IMG/VR virus record: IMGVR_UViG_3300045988_150439
Strand: one strand, 5' to 3'
DNA length: 64,000 nt
Origin: a virus
Taxonomy: Duplodnaviria; Heunggongvirae; Uroviricota; Caudoviricetes
The notes under the pieces were generated by a model that ran no database searches, was not told where the DNA came from, and saw nothing but the letters and a program-made list of their open reading frames with translations. The stretch's first letter is position 1, and each line of letters opens with the position of its first letter. The position numbers were made by a program, and so were the translations under genes. This document shows, piece after piece, positions 8,995 to 17,902 of this stretch.

Positions 8995-10173
8995 ATGAGC
9001 CTTTATGTTATATCAACATTTAGGTTGGTCACAATATTGCCTATTAAAAGTGGAATTATCGTGAGCGAGCTGAAAGAGCTAATTACCGAATTAGATTTTG
9101 AACAATGGTTGGACACTGAAGGTATCGTTTATCGACGTGGAGGCGTGAGTGCTCGCGGTCGTGAAGTGAATATCAAGGAGTGTCCGGTATGCGGCAGCTC
9201 CAACTGGAAGGTATATTTCAATCTGACCAGTGGTGTGGGTAAATGTTTCGCTGGCGACCATCCTGAAGAAATACAATTTAATAAGCTGGTGTTCCTCAAG
9301 CACTACAGCGGTAAATCACGGCGACAGTTCGAAGAATATGTGCAGAACGCCCTTCTTTCTCAGGGTTGGGCACCAAAGAAAGAAGAGATAGTGCTTGCAA
9401 GCACAGTCGAGTTAGAGGGGCCACTTGCACTCCCTCGTCATTACGAACTTCCTATAGATGGCCGTCTTCCAGACTATCTGGTTGAACGAAACATATCGCC
9501 TGAAATGGCAAAGTATTTTGACCTACGATACTGCGTCGAAGGTAAGCACGCCTATGTAGATCCGTATACAGATCAGGTTAAAGGACAGATATTCGATATG
9601 CGAATACTGATACCGGTTTACGATCTGGATGGGGTAATGAAGACATTTCAGGGACGAGACATTACCGGTACAGCAGAACGCCGCTACCTCTTTCCTATGC
9701 AGCTTCCAGCTTCAGGTAAATTTCTCTACAACGGCCATAATGCAGTCGGCAAACAGACTGTAGTTGTCTGTGAGGGTGCGTTCGATGTTATGGGGGTCAA
9801 ACGAGCTATTTTCGACGAAGAAACATTACGTGATTACGTGGAGCCAATAGGAACGTTCGGGATGCATCTATCTGGCAACACCACTCAGGATGCAGAAGAT
9901 CAGTTGGGCGCGTTCCTGACGCTCAAAGCGCGTGGATTACGTAATGTGATCATGATGTGGGATAGTGAAAAGCAAGCTATACGTAATACGATGGCCGCAG
10001 CCAGGCGACTGACCAGTATTGGTCTTAATGTCAAAGTGGCGTGTTTGGGCGAGGAAGGACTCGACCCGGGCGATGCAACGCCAGAGCAAATCATCAAAGC
10101 CTATTATCGGGCAAAACCGTATACCAAGCAGTTGGAGTTACAAAGCAAGGTTTTGGGCATTAAGGCTCTATGA
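8995..10173 (+). CDS. DNA primase (zinc ribbon + TOPRIM)
   Basis: ORF 8923..10173; probable ATG 8995 in conserved aaaaacacATG context. Zinc ribbon CPVCGSS..GKC, TOPRIM-like VVVCEGAFDVMG. Confidence 0.7.
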   Translation: MSLYVISTFRLVTILPIKSGIIVSELKELITELDFEQWLDTEGIVYRRGGVSARGREVNIKECPVCGSSNWKVYFNLTSGVGKCFAGDHPEEIQFNKLVFLKHYSGKSRRQFEEYVQNALLSQGWAPKKEEIVLASTVELEGPLALPRHYELPIDGRLPDYLVERNISPEMAKYFDLRYCVEGKHAYVDPYTDQVKGQIFDMRILIPVYDLDGVMKTFQGRDITGTAERRYLFPMQLPASGKFLYNGHNAVGKQTVVVCEGAFDVMGVKRAIFDEETLRDYVEPIGTFGMHLSGNTTQDAEDQLGAFLTLKARGLRNVIMMWDSEKQAIRNTMAAARRLTSIGLNVKVACLGEEGLDPGDATPEQIIKAYYRAKPYTKQLELQSKVLGIKAL

Positions 10174-10251
10174 TAACAATCACCTTTAAAATAAGTAGAT
10201 GATTACTTATCTTTCTGTGAGAATACTTTCATCTGTTAGCTAGGAGTTGGT

Positions 10252-11028
10252 ATGAAAGACGAAATTCAGAAATTAGCCTGCGACATCATTGATAAAACTG
10301 GTTTAGAAATCAGCGAGAGCAATCGGCTAGACATCATTGAAAAAGCCGTAAAAACAGCAATGGATCATATCGCCACTCGTTTGGTCGAGATCCCGCTACC
10401 AGGGCTACCTTATCTGAAAGTTGAGTTACACGTATGGGGTGAACCTTCTTGTTCACGGCGTTCTGCATTAGTTGTTTTTATTAGCAAAGAAAACCCGCTC
10501 AGTCTTAAAGTGCAGGTTGGTGCATGGATGGATGGAAAAGTGATCTACACAAATACCGTTTTTTGTCTTTCAAACGACGAAACTATTGAAGCGGCCATTC
10601 AAGAAGCAGTTCTAGCAATGCGCAGCAGCGGTTTGATGAAGAATAACTACGAAGAGTACTTGCGTTCGATAAGTGGTGAAAAGACATTATCTCTGAAAGC
10701 AGATTTCGTTACCCCGAAAAATCTGTTGGAAGTCTTGCTTAATAAAGGGGCTAATGATGCCGTAAATGTAATCAGAGAGAGTGAGTATGCGTCTCTTTGC
10801 GACATGTGCAAAAGCCAGTTGGATCTGGTGCATATCGTTATTGATGCTGGGAAGGCATGTGATGGCGTAATGGCGGAATTTGCTTGGAAGGTGGTCAGGA
10901 TTGCTAACGAATTACCGATGATAGAGCAAGAGGCCAAATCATACGCCACCAATCATGTCACAGAGCTTCTTGTCCCCTATCGCTTAGAAAGCAATCAGCG
11001 CAAGATGGTTAGCTGGGGAAGTTGGTAA
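10252..11028 (+). CDS. hypothetical protein
   Basis: 258 aa ORF with AGGAG upstream; no motif recognised. Confidence 0.5.
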   Translation: MKDEIQKLACDIIDKTGLEISESNRLDIIEKAVKTAMDHIATRLVEIPLPGLPYLKVELHVWGEPSCSRRSALVVFISKENPLSLKVQVGAWMDGKVIYTNTVFCLSNDETIEAAIQEAVLAMRSSGLMKNNYEEYLRSISGEKTLSLKADFVTPKNLLEVLLNKGANDAVNVIRESEYASLCDMCKSQLDLVHIVIDAGKACDGVMAEFAWKVVRIANELPMIEQEAKSYATNHVTELLVPYRLESNQRKMVSWGSW

Positions 11029-11083
11029 TCTCTCCGCGCGTCGTTTTTTACGCAAATAACGATAGGTAAGTACAAGATTATTT

Positions 11084-11566
11084 ATGGCGGTAGTTGTGAA
11101 AGCTGATTTGTCAAAAATCCCTTCTATTTCAGGAAATAACGGTTATTCACTTCGTTGTGAGGAAGTAAAGATAAACGGTGAGTCGGCATATTGCAGCTAT
11201 TCCGTTTGCCAGCACACCATTCTTGCCTTCAAAGAAAACCGTCTTCCTCGAACTTCTTTCCAGTCGTGCGCAACCGCTATTAAAGCAGGCAAATGCAAGG
11301 CGTTAAAAATGATGGTTGAAGAGATTCGTAAAGGAGAATCTCTGTATTTCGAAGATATGACCGCGCTCATTAAGGAGGTTGAAGAACGGAATAAACAAGC
11401 CAGAACTATAAAACGAAAACGTGACAGTGTAACGATTAATAGCATGGTTAAGAAGAGCACCACATCACAAACAGCGATCACTGACGTGTATGCGGCGTTG
11501 CTTGAAGAAACAACAAAAGAAACACATGAGCAAATCGATCAACATATGGAGGCAAAACAACAATGA
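11084..11566 (+). CDS. hypothetical protein
   Basis: 160 aa ORF, Cys-containing N-terminus, basic C-terminus; stop overlaps ligase start. Confidence 0.45.
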   Translation: MAVVVKADLSKIPSISGNNGYSLRCEEVKINGESAYCSYSVCQHTILAFKENRLPRTSFQSCATAIKAGKCKALKMMVEEIRKGESLYFEDMTALIKEVEERNKQARTIKRKRDSVTINSMVKKSTTSQTAITDVYAALLEETTKETHEQIDQHMEAKQQ

Positions 11567-12885
11567 AAAAGTTGATCGCACTTAAGCATAAGCTGGACGA
11601 AATGAAAGCTATGGGAACCAATGCAAAAAAAGAGGCATTGGCCAACATGGATGACTTCGAGCAAAGCATGGTTTCATTGATGCTCAACCCTTTCATCCGT
11701 TTTGGGGTAAAGAAATACAAAGTGGCAGAGCCGCTTAGTGAGTCCATCCCAAGTGACGAAAAAGCCATTGATGTACTGAATAAGCTGGCCTCTCGCGAGC
11801 TAACGGGGAACGCAGCAATAGCTGCTGTTGAGTCTATCGTGGCGTCAATGTGCGCCGATGGGCAGGACGTGTTCCGTCGTTTCCTCTTAAAAGACCCGAA
11901 AGCAGGTGTTGGGATTAGCCTATGCAACAAGGTTTTTGAAAATCCCATTCCGAAATTCGAGGTGCAGCTGGCGTCACCGTATAAAGAAAAAGGCGACAAA
12001 TACCCCTTCAAGCCAAATCCTAAAGCAAAATGGCCGATGATTGGCAGTCTTAAGCTCGATGGTTTGCGAGTAATTTGTGAGGTTATTGTTGACGAGGAAG
12101 AGGTGAACTTCCTTTCTCGTACTGGTAATCCAATCACGTCTCTCGATCACCTAAAGCCAGCCATGCTCGAATTAGGCAAACTTTCAGGCCACAAACACAT
12201 CTTCTTCGATGGTGAAGGAACAGCCGGTTCATTTAACCAGTCCGTATCTGCATTGCGCAAAAAGAACGTGCAGGCAATTGGCGCTATTTATCATGTTTTC
12301 GACTTCTTCCTACCGGAATGGCGGGCACAGGCTAAATCCAAAGAGTATGCAAAGACAGGTATGAAGCTGAAAGAGCGCCTGGCTATTCTCGTGGCGTTGT
12401 TCAAAAACGATCGCAGTGAAGGCTACGCACAAGACATTCACCTGCATCCGTTCTATATCATCCATAGCCACGAAGATTTCATCGAACGCTTCATGAAACG
12501 CCTGGACGATAACGAAGAAGGGGAGATGGGCAAAGATCCGAACTCTGTTTACGAGTTTAAACGTACCCGCAGCTGGTGGAAGTTAAAAGACGAAGATTCA
12601 GAAGATGGTGAAATTATCGACTTTGAGCCGGGCGACCCGGACTCTGGTTTTGCCAACACGCTTGGAAAAATTGTTATTCGCCTTGAAAACGGTGTGATTG
12701 TTCGTGCGAGCGGCATTAAGCATAAATATCTGGACGAGATCTGGAACAACAAAGAGAAGTACCGTGGTCGTATTGTCGAGGTTCATTGTCACGAGAAAAC
12801 GCCGGATGGCAGCTTACGCCACCCACGACTGAAATGGCCGCGTTGCTTACGCGATACAGAAGATCGAATCGGAGATAAAGAATGA
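11563..12885 (+). CDS. ATP-dependent DNA ligase
   Basis: 440 aa; adenylation motif KxDG (GSLKLDGLRV), FFDGEG motif, C-terminal OB-like region. Confidence 0.75.
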   Translation: MKKLIALKHKLDEMKAMGTNAKKEALANMDDFEQSMVSLMLNPFIRFGVKKYKVAEPLSESIPSDEKAIDVLNKLASRELTGNAAIAAVESIVASMCADGQDVFRRFLLKDPKAGVGISLCNKVFENPIPKFEVQLASPYKEKGDKYPFKPNPKAKWPMIGSLKLDGLRVICEVIVDEEEVNFLSRTGNPITSLDHLKPAMLELGKLSGHKHIFFDGEGTAGSFNQSVSALRKKNVQAIGAIYHVFDFFLPEWRAQAKSKEYAKTGMKLKERLAILVALFKNDRSEGYAQDIHLHPFYIIHSHEDFIERFMKRLDDNEEGEMGKDPNSVYEFKRTRSWWKLKDEDSEDGEIIDFEPGDPDSGFANTLGKIVIRLENGVIVRASGIKHKYLDEIWNNKEKYRGRIVEVHCHEKTPDGSLRHPRLKWPRCLRDTEDRIGDKE

Positions 12886-13061
12886 TGCTCGGCTGGATGA
12901 TTGCATTTTTAGCAGTTGGTTTTTTCATCGGTATTGTGGTGATGTCCAGTTGCATTAATGACTACATTAAAAACGGTGTTATAGAAAGACGCGGTCGCAT
13001 TTATCGCATTGTAGAAATAACCAACACCGTGAAGGAGATTAAGGATGATCGTATTAAGTAA
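12882..13061 (+). CDS. small membrane protein (59 aa), paralog A
   Basis: Below ORF-track cutoff; ATG overlaps ligase stop (ATGA). One TM helix then GRRGRIYRIVEITNT tail. Confidence 0.4.
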   Translation: MMLGWMIAFLAVGFFIGIVVMSSCINDYIKNGVIERRGRIYRIVEITNTVKEIKDDRIK

Positions 13062-13260
13062 ACGGGAGAAGGAAACGCTTCATGAAATCAGTAAGTGGCC
13101 GGAGTTCCCTGAGTACTGGAAGCCTAAAACGCGAGCTAAGTTAGAGCGTTTAGGGTTGGTTGCAAACGTTTCTGAAACGTGGTGTTCGGCCAACTACCAG
13201 TTAACTGATAAAGGGAAAGTATTGCTACAGCAATTAGTAGAATCAGGAGCGTTAAAATGA
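13045..13260 (+). CDS. hypothetical protein (71 aa)
   Basis: ORF in track; part of a translationally coupled gene chain. Confidence 0.45.
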   Translation: MIVLSKREKETLHEISKWPEFPEYWKPKTRAKLERLGLVANVSETWCSANYQLTDKGKVLLQQLVESGALK

Positions 13261-13409
13261 TTCCATACATCTCATTAGCTTTTATGGGTGGCTTCCTTAT
13301 CGGCTTCGGCATCTGTCGTGATTTAATTAAGCAGGAACTTAAAACCAAAACACTGTGCATCGGAAAGCGTGTGTATCGGGTAGTTCATGAAACAAAGGTG
13401 AAAAAATGA
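13257..13409 (+). CDS. small membrane protein (50 aa), paralog B
   Basis: Below cutoff; ATGA overlap with upstream stop. TM helix then GKRVYRVVHETKV tail resembling the 12882..13061 product. Confidence 0.4.
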   Translation: MIPYISLAFMGGFLIGFGICRDLIKQELKTKTLCIGKRVYRVVHETKVKK

Positions 13410-13696
13410 GCAATTTAACTTCTTGGGAATGGTGGTTGGCCACCTATTTCTTAGCGACCGGAGTCGCATTCGCCTTTTACGTAGGTCAGTTAGTCGTAAA
13501 ACTGTTGCTTATTAAATTTGCTAGTCATAAACGTATCGATGATGGTCTGTGGCGTCTTGGTACCCTGGTGGAAACTCGCTACGGGCAACTTAAGGAGAAC
13601 GAAACCATTACTATCCAAGCGAAACGATTCACTGCCACCATCACAAGAACACCTGATCGTAGAGTGGCCTTGATCAAAAAAGTCACAACCGAATAA
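13406..13696 (+). CDS. membrane protein (96 aa)
   Basis: ATGA overlap with upstream gene; N-terminal TM helix WWLATYFLATGVAFAFYVG. Confidence 0.45.
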   Translation: MSNLTSWEWWLATYFLATGVAFAFYVGQLVVKLLLIKFASHKRIDDGLWRLGTLVETRYGQLKENETITIQAKRFTATITRTPDRRVALIKKVTTE

Positions 13697-14086
13697 AAAC
13701 ATGGTGATAAGTATTTACTTACTTATCTTTTATGTATAAGATGACTTTGTTTTCGTTGAGACGCGACTGTTTGAACTTAAATACAAGTGCAAACGAAGAA
13801 GTCTATCTGGCAGTAGCCTAATAAGCCAAACACCAGCGAGGTCAGTTTCCAGCCTCGTTACCGAAATGGGACACACTGAGCGAGTGTGATTGCAGAACGC
13901 AGGAGGGAACATTCATGTTCCCTCCGATGAAGTAACAGAATGGGCGGTTGGTATATTTTCAACTCCATATGACTCCCGGATTCTTAGCCACTGACCGCCC
14001 ATCCTGTTACGTCATTTTGTTCAATTATGTCGTTTATACTGGGTTAAAAAGCGGCGACGTAGCCCGGCTGGTATGGTTAGCCAGCA

Positions 14087-14208
14087 CACAACGTTGAGGC
14101 CATTACATTTTTATCAATTCTAAGGTTCTATTCACAGAGATACCGGCGAGCGTTGATATGTAACATGTTGGGCAAACATTCAATCGGAGTAGTGGCCTCA
14201 ACGTTGTG
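14087..14208 (+). ncRNA. long hairpin unit 0 (possible small stable RNA)
   Basis: Perfect 16-bp inverted repeat cacaacgttgaggcca / tggcctcaacgttgtg enclosing ~90 nt; ORF-free region upstream of tRNAs. Confidence 0.3.
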
Positions 14209-14474
14209 AAGACGGGATTGTTGTGTAGGTTTAACCACTGTTGCCATTGGTGCCTGTTTTCACAACAAATGATTCCATACATCACATTGTATAAATTACA
14301 AAGTAGGTGCTGTCCTCAGAAACATCATCTACTTAAAGATTTTGCCTTCTACTATTGAGCGAAGTCGAAAGCGTCTGGCACTAACGAAAAGTGCAAGTAG
14401 CGGTGCGTTTCCTGGCAGAAACTAAACCGTCGCGATTGGCACTGTTGAGTAATAAATACTGGCAGTGCTGAATT

Positions 14475-14549
14475 GATGGTGTAGCTCAGCGGTAGAGCAG
14501 TTGGCTGTTAACCAACTGGTCGGTGGTTCGAATCCACCCACCATCGCCA
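14475..14549 (+). tRNA. tRNA-Asn (anticodon GTT)
   Basis: Cloverleaf by eye: acceptor gatggtg/caccatc, D-arm gctc..gagc, anticodon stem gttgg/ccaac loop ctGTTaa, T-arm ggtgg-ttcgaat-ccacc, encoded CCA. Confidence 0.85.
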
Positions 14550-14551
14550 AT

Positions 14552-14627
14552 GCCGGTTTAGCTCAGTTGGTAGAGCACCTGCCTTGTAAGCAGGATGTCA
14601 GCGGTTCGATCCCGTTAACCGGCACCA
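14552..14627 (+). tRNA. tRNA-Thr (anticodon TGT)
   Basis: Acceptor gccggtt/aaccggc, anticodon stem cctgc/gcagg loop ctTGTaa, T-loop ttcgatc, encoded CCA. Confidence 0.85.
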
Positions 14628-14720
14628 ACACAACAGGTAAGAGCATTGGGCGAATCGGCGATACTGACCCACAAGCCCGTAAATCGATAGAGTCAGACCA
14701 GTGCTCTTACCGTTGTGAGG
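14626..14720 (+). ncRNA. long hairpin unit 1 (possible small stable RNA)
   Basis: 15-bp stem acaacaggtaagagca / tgctcttaccgttgt (one mismatch) enclosing ~55 nt; shares stem-base cacaac/gttgtg with units 0 and 2. Confidence 0.3.
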
Positions 14721-14764
14721 AAGTGCAGCTCTTTGAAGCAACCAGAAGATAAGCATCTGGCTTC

Positions 14765-14850
14765 ACAACACAACGATAAGATCATTACGGTTAATCGTCG
14801 TTCATGTGCACAATGACTGGTCGAAAGGTAGTGATCTTACCGTTGTGATG
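14765..14850 (+). ncRNA. long hairpin unit 2 (possible small stable RNA)
   Basis: 16-bp stem cacaacgataagatca / tgatcttaccgttgtg (one mismatch); 3' flank cttaccgttgtga[g/t]gaa shared with unit 1. Confidence 0.3.
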
Positions 14851-14947
14851 AATGCACAGGCTGATGTGCCGCAACTACAGTAGTGCGCGCTTTGCGGGGC
14901 TTGCTACAACCCTGTGTCGGAGTTCAGCACCGACCATCACAATAGCT

Positions 14948-15034
14948 GGAGAGTAGGGAGCATGGTGCTCAAGCGGTCTTGAAAACCGTCCCATTGCGCA
15001 AGCGATGATGGTTCGATTCCATTACTCTCCGCCA
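14948..15034 (+). tRNA. tRNA-Ser (anticodon TGA), type II
   Basis: Acceptor ggagagt/actctcc, anticodon stem gcggt/accgt loop ctTGAaa, long variable arm, T-loop ttcgatt, encoded CCA; about 87 nt. Confidence 0.75.
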
Positions 15035-15148
15035 GACACAGCGTTGAGCGGTTTGGCCTTTTAATCACCCAGATTAAGACTCCGCTAACATAAACCAGAC
15101 CGCTCAACGCTGTGATAGACAATTACGGCAGACGTTCTTAACCATAGC

Positions 15149-15177
15149 TTGCTAACATCCTAGCAACACTTTTTTTC
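15149..15177 (+). terminator. rho-independent terminator after tRNA cluster
   Basis: Hairpin ttgcta-acatcc-tagcaa followed by cacttttttt. Confidence 0.55.
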
Positions 15178-15189
15178 AGCGCAAAATTC

Positions 15190-15210
15190 AAAGGGGCTTC
15201 GGCCCCTTTT
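15190..15210. terminator. bidirectional terminator hairpin
   Basis: aaaggggc-ttcg-gcccctttt, flanked by A/T runs on both strands, between plus-strand tRNAs and the minus-strand cassette. Confidence 0.55.
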
Positions 15211-15212
15211 CT

Positions 15213-16424
15213 TCAAAAAAGTTTTATAAATTCATAATTCTGGTCAATTAAGGATTCAATACACACCATGCAAAAATCTACATCGTTAAAATCAGGTGTG
15301 TAATATTCATCCTCATAACATTCATTTAGACCTTCAATCAATTTTTCTTTAAAAACTCCCCACGTTTCAATATGAACCATTTCCATATAAGGCGCATGTG
15401 TATGTACTTGCAATACATCCCAGGTGTCTATAACCTCGATCCGCGGCTTGCAATTAATTTTTTCTAAATATGCCCTCCCAGAATTGTAAATTTTCGACAT
15501 TGATGCCCCAAAACCTGATGGTTGGTAATGAGTGTAAATGTCATAAATTTTTTGTCCTATTCTAGGGAGTTGAGAAGCATTGGATATTTGTGGCGAATGA
15601 AAGTATCGCTCTATGGAAGAAAACGCAGAAACATTAACTAGAGTAATCGTATATGGTGCTAAAGTTCTCTCGTTCAAATTTCTACATAAAATAGCAAACC
15701 CATGGCTATTAGTCTTTTCACCGTCTGAGGACATTTTTGCCATGCTGGCTTTAATAACATTCAATTTCGAATGTAAACGAGAAGTGGAAGTCGGTTGATT
15801 ATACATTTCATCATCATACAAACATATATGAAACCCGCCAAGATGACGAAATGAGAACTTGAGTGCTTCTTCCGCAATAACTAATTTATTAATATCTAAA
15901 GGAGTAAGTGATACGTTACCTTGTAAATCATAGCAAGGTTCTAAACATAGAAAGTTTTTCTTCTGCCACACAATCATATTAAAAATAAAGTGTCTAACCA
16001 AAGGTGGCCAGTCAGGTGATATAAGTACATTGGTAATATCTCCATCAGACAAGTATGACAAGTAACTTTTTAGTTCCGCAGCATATGCCACTAGCTCAGT
16101 TCCAGCTTCCCTTGTTGGTGTTGAAAAATTTTTTAACTCAATAAGAACTAAGGATTCATTCTCTGTTGAATAAGCAACGACATCAGGTCTTAATATCTCA
16201 GATTTTGTTGCTGAGATATTTTCATCATCTGTCATTAAATGTAACAATGTTATATTCTTTAAACAAAACTGATAACTCTCCTTAATTTTTTTCTCTTCGG
16301 GTCTTTTCGGATTAAATTCATTTAATTTATCAATATTGATGATTGAATTATATAATCCATCTTGATCAGATAATTTGTCAATTATCCAATTTTGCATTTC
16401 CTTTTCGCTTAAAAATATTGACAC
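15213..16424 (-). CDS. 403-aa protein with PD-(D/E)xK-like nuclease motif; distal gene of AT-rich two-gene cassette (AbiGii position)
   Basis: GTG start; PDVVAY...SLVLIELK resembles a D..ExK restriction-endonuclease-fold motif; very AT-rich; 26 nt from upstream gene. Confidence 0.45.
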   Translation of the reverse strand: MSIFLSEKEMQNWIIDKLSDQDGLYNSIINIDKLNEFNPKRPEEKKIKESYQFCLKNITLLHLMTDDENISATKSEILRPDVVAYSTENESLVLIELKNFSTPTREAGTELVAYAAELKSYLSYLSDGDITNVLISPDWPPLVRHFIFNMIVWQKKNFLCLEPCYDLQGNVSLTPLDINKLVIAEEALKFSFRHLGGFHICLYDDEMYNQPTSTSRLHSKLNVIKASMAKMSSDGEKTNSHGFAILCRNLNERTLAPYTITLVNVSAFSSIERYFHSPQISNASQLPRIGQKIYDIYTHYQPSGFGASMSKIYNSGRAYLEKINCKPRIEVIDTWDVLQVHTHAPYMEMVHIETWGVFKEKLIEGLNECYEDEYYTPDFNDVDFCMVCIESLIDQNYEFIKLF

Positions 16425-16450
16425 TAATTAGGCTCCCGTTAAACCAAAAA

Positions 16451-17272
16451 TTAAAAATCTTGCTTTACTTTATCCATAGTCAGAATTTTGCTAATAATTG
16501 AAGATTCAAATCCATCTAAACCTGAGAGAAAGTTAATTAGCTTTTGGATATGTTGTTCTTTAGGTATAAGTATATATTTTATATCATTGAACTCAAAATC
16601 AATGCCAAACTTTGAAAATTTTGAGCTAATTTTTGCTTTGTCATCAGAAGTGATAACACGCTCCAAACTCAGACTAGGCCATAAATCACCAATAAAAGGA
16701 GCTGGCACATAACGCCACTCTTTCTCGTCTGCATATATATAATTCTCTATTGTTTTATTATCTTTTCGCTCTAGCTTGCCTCTGTAATTTTTCATATAAC
16801 GCAGTAAATTATATAGATCAGAATATTCTGCTTTCAATTTCTCAAACTCTATTCTGTTTTTGGTATCTAAATTTCCTCTAGCCTTCCAAAGCGGCACCAA
16901 CTTTTTTTTAATAAGTCGAATTCTGGCATTGTATTTAGAAAATATTTCACTGCTCTTATTCATATATAGAACTGGGTGTAGACCTTTCTTTTCCGCCCAA
17001 GACTTAGTTAGCCCAAGACCGAATTCCCCATATTTTCCGCTATGATCTCTGATTTGTGATAGTTTTATGTCACAAAACGATACCATTGGTACTGCAAACC
17101 TCCTGCGTCCCCCGACTCCTCTTATTTCCTCGCGAGCAAGAAATGGTTTAAAATATTTCTCAGCCAATATGCTATAGAAAGCATCTTCGTTTTTTGTAAA
17201 ATGAAACAACGTGGTTGGATGAAGACTATAAACAGATTCAACATTCGCATCAGGATTTTCAAGGATAGTCAT
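16451..17272 (-). CDS. AbiGi-like protein (candidate abortive-infection component)
   Basis: ORF 16451..17317; probable ATG 17272 follows AAGGTG. N-terminal LFHFTKNEDAFYSIL...PMVSFCDIKL...YGEFGLGL pattern resembles what I recall of AbiGi proteins; AT-rich. Confidence 0.4.
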   Translation of the reverse strand: MTILENPDANVESVYSLHPTTLFHFTKNEDAFYSILAEKYFKPFLAREEIRGVGGRRRFAVPMVSFCDIKLSQIRDHSGKYGEFGLGLTKSWAEKKGLHPVLYMNKSSEIFSKYNARIRLIKKKLVPLWKARGNLDTKNRIEFEKLKAEYSDLYNLLRYMKNYRGKLERKDNKTIENYIYADEKEWRYVPAPFIGDLWPSLSLERVITSDDKAKISSKFSKFGIDFEFNDIKYILIPKEQHIQKLINFLSGLDGFESSIISKILTMDKVKQDF

Positions 17273-17561
17273 TTTACACCTTGTGGAAAGCCAGTTTAGT
17301 TCTGTAAATAGTATCACACGACAGGCGGCTATTCTTCTATCAATAAAGGATAGGTAAGCACTTACTTTTTACGCGCGTTAATTGTATAGTTCTTTCGGAT
17401 ACTCACTTGAAAGGACTCAATATGGGAAATAAATGTAAACATGCGCGTCGCGCATCTCGTCAGGTGCAGAAGTCAAATCCATACATTCACGAGCACTACC
17501 ACCTCAGCTCTTTCACTAACCGCTACACGTTCCCCAGCGAAGCGCATAACGAGGCAAGGCA

Positions 17562-17807
17562 ATGACGATCACTATCTACGGACGAGATAACTGCTCATAC
17601 TGCAAACGTGCGGTCGAGCTGGCGAAGCAACTAAAGGGACATGGCTACGGTGATTATGAGTACATCGACATCACCACTGCCGGTATCGACAAGAAAAAAC
17701 TAAGTGAAATTGTTGGTAAACCGGTAGAGACTATCCCCCAGGTACTGATCGATGGCCAACCGATTGGCGGATACACAGAATTTGCTGCTTTTGCGAGCAC
17801 TCTGTAA
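17562..17807 (+). CDS. glutaredoxin-like redoxin
   Basis: 81 aa; CSYC active site near N-terminus; thioredoxin-fold size. Confidence 0.7.
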   Translation: MTITIYGRDNCSYCKRAVELAKQLKGHGYGDYEYIDITTAGIDKKKLSEIVGKPVETIPQVLIDGQPIGGYTEFAAFASTL

Positions 17808-17815
17808 TACAATAC

Positions 17816-17842
17816 GGCTCCTTTTGGGGCCATTTATTATTT
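17816..17842 (+). terminator. rho-independent terminator
   Basis: ggctcc-tttt-ggggcc hairpin followed by atttattatttg. Confidence 0.5.
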
Positions 17843-17902
17843 GTAGCTTTCATCAGCACAGCGTACACTTAGTTACGAGCCATTGAGTAGTTAAGAGGTT
17901 TT

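Noticed and set aside
14103-14285. 60-aa minus-strand ORF
   Set aside because: Falls inside the long inverted-repeat hairpin region; more likely RNA structure than coding.
14501-14752. 83-aa plus-strand ORF in the six-frame track
   Set aside because: Overlaps tRNA-Asn and tRNA-Thr; the apparent ORF is just the tRNA sequence translated (TTG start).
14937-15122. 61-aa minus-strand ORF
   Set aside because: Lies antisense across tRNA-Ser; no ribosome-binding site.
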